This document shows positions 58,582-64,000 of a DNA stretch of 64,000 nt, piece by piece (the stretch's first letter is position 1; the number at the start of each line of letters is the position of its first letter). Position numbers and translations under genes: made by a program. The notes below the pieces were generated by a model. That model was not told the DNA's origin, searched no databases, and worked only from the letters and a program-made list of their open reading frames with translations. Source of the stretch: Akkermansiaceae bacterium (GTDB taxonomy: Bacteria; Verrucomicrobiota; Verrucomicrobiia; Verrucomicrobiales; Akkermansiaceae); contig JAYTLO010000077.1 in assembly GCA_043729385.1 (NCBI GenBank), positions 1,305 through 65,304 on the forward strand. Direction: 5' to 3'.

Positions 58582-59019
58582 ATGGCCGGCGGCGGAGGAG
58601 GAGGAGAAAGCGGGGAACCTGAGTTCCAGATCGCGCCGATGATCGACGTGTTGCTGGTGCTGCTTGTGTTCTTCGTCATGATCACTTCCGCCGAGGTGCT
58701 CAAGATCGACAAGAACATCAAGCTGCCTGTTTCACCCAATGCCAAGGCGCGTGAGGCCGAGATGGCCAAGCACGAAATGGCAGTGAACCTGCGCTTCGAC
58801 GAGAAAACTAACAAGGGCGTGCTCGTGGTGGACGACAAGGAATACACCAACTGGCAGGATGTGGTGCCTATTCTTAAAAGCAATCTCGAGCGCGACAAGC
58901 TGCTGCGGATCGTCGTTCGCGGCGATGCCAGTGTGCCTGCTGGCGAGATTCAGCGCATCATGAACCTGATTGGCGAGGCCGGCATCGCGGACATCGCCTT
59001 CGCCTCCTCCAACAAGTGA
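58582..59019 (+). CDS. ExbD/TolR-family protein
   Basis: IAPMIDVLLVLLVFF and VVRGD motifs. Confidence 0.95.
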   Translation: MAGGGGGGESGEPEFQIAPMIDVLLVLLVFFVMITSAEVLKIDKNIKLPVSPNAKAREAEMAKHEMAVNLRFDEKTNKGVLVVDDKEYTNWQDVVPILKSNLERDKLLRIVVRGDASVPAGEIQRIMNLIGEAGIADIAFASSNK

Positions 59020-59026
59020 CCCGCCC

Positions 59027-59485
59027 ATGAAACGAAATCGCAGTCACCGCCGGAAACCGTCCGCTGAAGTCAACCTGGGCTTCCAAATCGCGCCGATGAT
59101 CGACGTGGTCTTCGTCATCCTGCTCTTCTTTATTGTGCAGGCGAGCGACATCCAAGTGGAAAACGCGCACGTCACTAAACTGCCGGGTAACGTGGAAACC
59201 AAAGGGGACACTCCCCTGCCAGACGAGATTGCTGTGCGGATCGAAGACGACGGCCAAGTTTACCTAAATGATGATCCGCTAGACTCGCCGACTGCGAAGG
59301 ATCTGCCCGAGTTCGCGAGCAACATGAACCAACTGCGCGAGAACAGCGATGCGGCGAAATCTGAAGTGCTTGTGACAATTTATGCCAACGAACTTGCGCG
59401 CTATGAACGAGTGGTTGACGTTCTGGATGCACTCAGCCGCGCCAAGGTCTCAAACGTGACCTTTCAAGCGGGAAGCCCTGATTGA
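59027..59485 (+). CDS. ExbD/TolR-family protein
   Basis: IAPMIDVVFVILLFF and YERVVDVLDAL motifs. Start trimmed to MKRNR. Confidence 0.95.
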   Translation: MKRNRSHRRKPSAEVNLGFQIAPMIDVVFVILLFFIVQASDIQVENAHVTKLPGNVETKGDTPLPDEIAVRIEDDGQVYLNDDPLDSPTAKDLPEFASNMNQLRENSDAAKSEVLVTIYANELARYERVVDVLDALSRAKVSNVTFQAGSPD

Positions 59486-59511
59486 TTCCTAACGATTAGC
59501 CCACTACGACC

Positions 59512-61062
59512 ATGGAAATTCACGACAGCGAAGGAAATCTCATCCACGTCCAAGAAACCAAGAAGCAGGGGATGTGGTCGAAAATCGGTGGCGGATCACT
59601 GATGATCGCTGCCTTGTTCCACGCCGTCCTGCTAGTCATCGGCGCGTTTTGGATTTTTCAAATCATCACTCCGCCCGAGAAGAAGGTGGATTTCATGCCA
59701 CCTGGTGGCGGCGGTGGCGAGCGCGGCGCCAAGGACGTCGCGGTGAAGAAGCTCAAACAAATCACCCCGACGACCAACGTGAAACGAGTCTTCGCCGAGG
59801 GCGCGACGGCATCCTATGCGATCCCTGAGCAGGGCGACAACTTCGGTGAAATGTCCACCTTGAGTTCGCTCAGCGGCGGCGGTGGGATGTCGGGATTGGG
59901 CGGCTCCGGTAGCGGCAGTGGCTTCGGTAAAGGCAGTGGTGTGGGTGCCGGACTCGGCATGGGCGCAGGCGTCGGCAAGCTTTTCGGCCTGATTCCCGAG
60001 AGCATGCGCAAACGCTGCTCGCCAGAAGATCGTCTTCAGCGCCTCACTCAAAACGGCGGCACTGCTGCTTGCGAGGCTGCGGTCATGAAATCGCTGCGCT
60101 GGCTCAAGGACAACCAAGCGTCCGACGGTTCTTGGGGCGAAAAGAATAAACCGGCGATGACCGGCTTGGCGCTGCTGGCCTATTTCGGCCACTGCGAGAC
60201 ACCGGCCTCTGCGGAATTTGGTGAATCCTGCCTTAAAGGCATCGTTTACCTCGTGAATCTCGGCGCGAAAAACGGTGGGAAAATGGCATCTAACTTCACC
60301 GAGAATGGATGGTGCTACGAGCACGCTATCGCAACCTACGCCTTGGGCGAAGCAGCCACCTTCTGCAAGGAAATCAAAGTAGAGATACCTTCACTCATGG
60401 AAGTGACCGAAAAGGCCGGTCAATACATCATCGACAACCAAAATAAAAACGGTGGCTGGGCCTACCTCTACACTAAGGAAGGCGGGCACACCGACGTGTC
60501 GGTTTCCGGTTGGCAAATCCAAGCCCTAAAAGCTTGCAGCCACGCGGATCTCAAATTCAAGGGCATGTCCGGCTGCATCAATAAGGCGTTAGATTACCTA
60601 ACCACCTGCCAAGCTGACAACGGCGGCTTCGGCTACACAACCAGTAAGAAACCAGTCGAGGGCGACTATTTCACCCTCACCGGAGTGGGGATGCTCTGCA
60701 ATCAGATGTGGGGAAAAGCCTCTCGCAACGAGGTTCGCAAGGGTGCAAAGTATATCTTAGAGAACACCAAGTTTGACTACACCACCAAGGAGAGTGACCT
60801 CTACACCCACTACTACGAATCCCAAGCGATGATGCAGCGTGGTGGCGAGGATTGGAAGTTCTACAATGACCTCTTCCGCGATCAGCTTTTAAACAACCAA
60901 GCTGAAGATGGCTCTTGGAAACAGCCCGGCTTCGGTGGTGCATTCTCGGGTGGTGGTCAGGGCAAAGTTTACCGCACCTGTCTCGCCACCTTGATGCTGG
61001 AAGTTTACTACCGCTTCCTCAACACCGGCGGTGGTGGGGCCAAGGAAAAGCCCAGCATTTGA
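59512..61062 (+). CDS. TM-anchored prenyltransferase/squalene-cyclase-repeat (alpha/alpha barrel) protein
   Basis: TM helix IAALFHAVLL; Gly-rich linker; QW-like repeats NQASDGSW, NQNKNGGW, CQADNGGF and NQAEDGSW; LEVYYR end. Confidence 0.85.
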   Translation: MEIHDSEGNLIHVQETKKQGMWSKIGGGSLMIAALFHAVLLVIGAFWIFQIITPPEKKVDFMPPGGGGGERGAKDVAVKKLKQITPTTNVKRVFAEGATASYAIPEQGDNFGEMSTLSSLSGGGGMSGLGGSGSGSGFGKGSGVGAGLGMGAGVGKLFGLIPESMRKRCSPEDRLQRLTQNGGTAACEAAVMKSLRWLKDNQASDGSWGEKNKPAMTGLALLAYFGHCETPASAEFGESCLKGIVYLVNLGAKNGGKMASNFTENGWCYEHAIATYALGEAATFCKEIKVEIPSLMEVTEKAGQYIIDNQNKNGGWAYLYTKEGGHTDVSVSGWQIQALKACSHADLKFKGMSGCINKALDYLTTCQADNGGFGYTTSKKPVEGDYFTLTGVGMLCNQMWGKASRNEVRKGAKYILENTKFDYTTKESDLYTHYYESQAMMQRGGEDWKFYNDLFRDQLLNNQAEDGSWKQPGFGGAFSGGGQGKVYRTCLATLMLEVYYRFLNTGGGGAKEKPSI

Positions 61063-61181
61063 GCGCGCCCTTGGCAGTGGCTGGGCCAGCGAGGAAAGAT
61101 CCCGCCATCTTGCACGTAACAAGCGCACTCGTTGGCCGGACTTGCGTTCGCTTCACAGATCCATAGACTCCCCACACCTTC

Positions 61182-62021
61182 ATGAAGTGCTGCCATTTCT
61201 CCGTCGCGGGATTTTTCCTTTCCGCGCTCCTCGCTGCCGCCGCTCCTGCCACTCCGGCGCCGGTCGGTAAGGAAATGAACTTTCTCGAAATTCTCGCCAA
61301 AGGCGGAATCACGATGTATCCGCTCGCCGTGATGTCGGTCATCACCGTGGTGCTGATCCTGATCTTCCTTCTCACGATCCGACGCAACGCGATTGTTAGT
61401 GATCGTTTCATGAACACCACCGAGTCGATGATCCGCAAGCGCGACTATCTCGGCCTGATTACCCTGAGCCATCACCGCAATGAGTGCATGGCCCGCATCA
61501 CTCAGAAGACGCTCGACTTCATCAACGCCAATCCAGGCACGGCGTTTGAAAACGTCCGAGAAGTCGCCCAAGCCGAAGGTTCTCACCAAGCGGGTTTACT
61601 CACCTCAAGAATCACCTATCTAGCAGACATCGGCGCGATCGCCCCGATGGTCGGCTTGCTTGGCACAGTGTTCGGAATGATCGAGGCATTCATCGAGATC
61701 TCCTCCGGTGAAGTTGCCGGCGTGCGCCAAATGGGCTTGGCCGAGGGTGTTTCTAAAGCGTTGATCGCCACCGCCGGCGGGCTTGCCATCAGCATTCCGG
61801 CACTAGCCTTTTACTCGATTTTCCGCGGACGCGTACAAAAATACATCTCCGAGCTCGAAGCTGCGGCCACTCATTTCATCGCCCTGCTGCAAGGTCAGTT
61901 CGAGCGTCAACCGCCCCAGTCGTCTCTGCCTCATACAAATCCTGCACCGCGCCGCGAGGACTACACCATGCCAGTGGCCTCGCCCCTTGCCGGTGATCGG
62001 CCCGACCTTCACGGTATCTAA
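61182..62021 (+). CDS. MotA/TolQ/ExbB proton channel protein
   Basis: KGGITMYPL, APMVGLLGTVFGM and ALIATAGGLAISIPA motifs. Confidence 0.95.
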   Translation: MKCCHFSVAGFFLSALLAAAAPATPAPVGKEMNFLEILAKGGITMYPLAVMSVITVVLILIFLLTIRRNAIVSDRFMNTTESMIRKRDYLGLITLSHHRNECMARITQKTLDFINANPGTAFENVREVAQAEGSHQAGLLTSRITYLADIGAIAPMVGLLGTVFGMIEAFIEISSGEVAGVRQMGLAEGVSKALIATAGGLAISIPALAFYSIFRGRVQKYISELEAAATHFIALLQGQFERQPPQSSLPHTNPAPRREDYTMPVASPLAGDRPDLHGI

Positions 62022-62032
62022 CCGACCAAGGG

Positions 62033-62461
62033 ATGAAATTCACCAACCGCATGCCGCCGGCGATTGCCATTCAGTTGGCACCGATGATCGACATCCTGCT
62101 GTTGTTGCTGAGCTTTTTCATCATCAGTTGGCAGTTCTCCAAGTCGGAGACCGAGCTCAACGTCTCCGTCCCGACCGCCCAGGAAGGCGCGGAACCCGAG
62201 CGCGTGCGCGGAGAAATCATCATCAACGTGCTTGCCGACGGCGTGATCCGGGTCGAGGGCTTGGCGGTGGACCGCCAGCAACTTTTCGAAAAACTATCGG
62301 CCATTGCCAAACAGTATCCGAACCAACCCGTCCGGATTCGCGGCGATGGTAGCGTGGCCTACCAGCGGATTGTTGAAATCATCGACACCTGCCAGAAGGC
62401 CGGGATTTGGAATATTTCCTTCGCCACCCAGCTGCCGGAATCCGCACCTCCCTCCGAGTGA
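62033..62461 (+). CDS. ExbD/TolR-family protein
   Basis: LAPMIDILLLLLSFF, VRIRGD and NISFAT motifs. Confidence 0.95.
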   Translation: MKFTNRMPPAIAIQLAPMIDILLLLLSFFIISWQFSKSETELNVSVPTAQEGAEPERVRGEIIINVLADGVIRVEGLAVDRQQLFEKLSAIAKQYPNQPVRIRGDGSVAYQRIVEIIDTCQKAGIWNISFATQLPESAPPSE

Positions 62462-62504
62462 TTCACTTGGCAACCCTCCCGCAACGGGCCATTCTCCACG
62501 CATC

Positions 62505-64000
62505 TTGAAACGCGCACTTGCATTCCTCATCCTGGCATCCGGTCCGCTGGTCGCCCAAGTTCCTAGGGCGGAGGCCGTCAACCCTGGCCTGAACGTGGAT
62601 GCCGCGAACGACTTCTTCCAGCGGGGAAAGAATCTTTACGATGCAGCCCAAGCGGCCGTGAATCTTGACAACCGCATTGCCTCCTTCCAGCGGGCCGCTC
62701 AGATTTTTAACGACTACCTCAACGCGTTTCCCAATCACCCGAATGCCGAAATGGCCTGGTGGTATCTCGGCAACAGCTACTATCAGTCCGGCCAGTTAGA
62801 CGACGGCAAGCGTTGTTTTAGCACCCTGATGAACCGCTTCGGCAACGGCAAATGGGCCGCCGCCGCCGCTTACACGCTGGCAGCGGATCATTATAACAAA
62901 GGCGAGTATGCTTTCGCCGTGCCCATGTTCGAGCGCTTCGCCGCAAATGCCGCCAAGCCGGAAGAACGCGCCCGCGGCAATTATCTGGCAGGGAACTGCT
63001 ACCGCCTGCTAGGCCGCGATCGCGAGGCGATCACCGCATTTAAGAAAGTCGTGGAGGATCCCGCAGGCGCACTGTTTACCCCGCAGGCCAAGGTCGCGCT
63101 CGGGCATCTCGCGCTGAAGGCTGGTAAACTCCAAGAAGCTCTTATCCAGTTTGAGGAAGTCATCGCCGCTCCCTACCCCGCGAAAATCCGTGGCGAGGCT
63201 GCGCTCCATGCCTCTCTAACCGCCACCAAGCTGGGCAAGCCGGAGCTGGCGGAAAAGTACCTCCAGCTCGTCCTCGGCAATGCGGGCATGGAAGAATTTC
63301 GCCCGGACGCCCAGACCGCGCTGATGAATAATCTGTTCGCCAATAAGCAATACCGCGAGGTCATCGAGATCTTCCGCCGCAGCACCATGAAGGCTGAGGG
63401 CGACAAGGAAGCGAACCGCTTGATGATCGCCGCCCGCGCTTACATGCGCCTTAAGCAACCCAGCGAGGCGCTCCAGCTTTTCCGCGACGTCGAGAAGATT
63501 GTTAGGCCGGAAACGGATCTGGCCTTTTACGCCGCGTATTACCGGCTGCTGTGCTTCTTCGACATCGAAGGCCGCCACTTGCCGGATCAGGTGGACGCTT
63601 TTCTCCAGCTCTACCGCAAGTCGCGCCCGGAAAATCCGCGCATCCACACCGCGTTGATGATGAAAGCGGAGACGCTGTTTAATAACAAAGAAGTCGCCGC
63701 GGCTGCCAAGATTTACAGCTCGATCAACGCCAGCATCGTCAGTGAGAAAAACCGGCCCGGCTTGCTCTATCAGCGCGGCTGGTGTCTATCGGAAGCTGGC
63801 GACGCCCAAGGTGCTATCCGTTCGCTCGGCGAATTTCTCACCAAGTATCCAGATGACTCCCGCGTCCCGTCCGCCCTCGCCAAGCGCGCCAAGGCCTTCA
63901 TTGAGGTCGCCGAGCCGGCCAAGGCCATCGCCGATTTTGACCGTCTAACCGCTGCAGCCGACACGCCAGATGACTTGACCTCGTTTGCCTGGCTCGAGTC
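62505..64000 (+). CDS. Secreted TPR protein (3' end runs off the window)
   Basis: Manual translation from TTG: MKRALAFLILASGPLVAQ...YLNAFPNHPNAEMAWWYLG...FLTKYPDDSRVPSAL; open to the window end. Confidence 0.85.
   Translation, partial: MKRALAFLILASGPLVAQVPRAEAVNPGLNVDAANDFFQRGKNLYDAAQAAVNLDNRIASFQRAAQIFNDYLNAFPNHPNAEMAWWYLGNSYYQSGQLDDGKRCFSTLMNRFGNGKWAAAAAYTLAADHYNKGEYAFAVPMFERFAANAAKPEERARGNYLAGNCYRLLGRDREAITAFKKVVEDPAGALFTPQAKVALGHLALKAGKLQEALIQFEEVIAAPYPAKIRGEAALHASLTATKLGKPELAEKYLQLVLGNAGMEEFRPDAQTALMNNLFANKQYREVIEIFRRSTMKAEGDKEANRLMIAARAYMRLKQPSEALQLFRDVEKIVRPETDLAFYAAYYRLLCFFDIEGRHLPDQVDAFLQLYRKSRPENPRIHTALMMKAETLFNNKEVAAAAKIYSSINASIVSEKNRPGLLYQRGWCLSEAGDAQGAIRSLGEFLTKYPDDSRVPSALAKRAKAFIEVAEPAKAIADFDRLTAAADTPDDLTSFAWLE

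Noticed and set aside
59512-61062. Squalene-hopene cyclase call
   Set aside because: Single barrel, no DxDD motif, N-terminal TM helix and linker, and no hopanoid genes nearby.

Overview
GC-rich bacterial chromosomal segment, most likely Verrucomicrobia (inferred from a VPDSG-CTERM protein, a beta-helix protein with a verrucomicrobial-type C-terminal domain, and several ExbB/ExbD/TPR clusters). Housekeeping genes (purK, purE, pyrE, cysS, lepA, uvrC, ABC-F, mlaE) alternate with envelope and transport genes. I found no rRNA, tRNA, CRISPR array or transposase. Main observations: (1) a >10 kb TPR-ExbB-ExbD-ExbD-[TM(His)/Gly linker/alpha-alpha barrel]-ExbB-ExbD-TPR cluster that looks like a TonB-like proton-motive-force machine with a non-canonical transducer; (2) an NhaR-like LysR facing an HPF-TerC-voltage-gated channel-SbtA operon, where the channel naturally carries a TLDDW filter like engineered Ca2+-selective BacNav mutants; (3) a third ExbBD/TonB-like operon whose ExbD has Asn at the essential Asp; (4) an order-permuted, mostly synonymously diverged copy of the yqeY 3' end and pyrE leader 14.6 kb away; (5) intergenic hairpins with periodic 7-10 bp arms and GTAG-type REP elements; (6) apparent window-wide enrichment of GTTAG/CTAAC/CTAG words. 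All calls come from motif reading by eye and no database searches were run.
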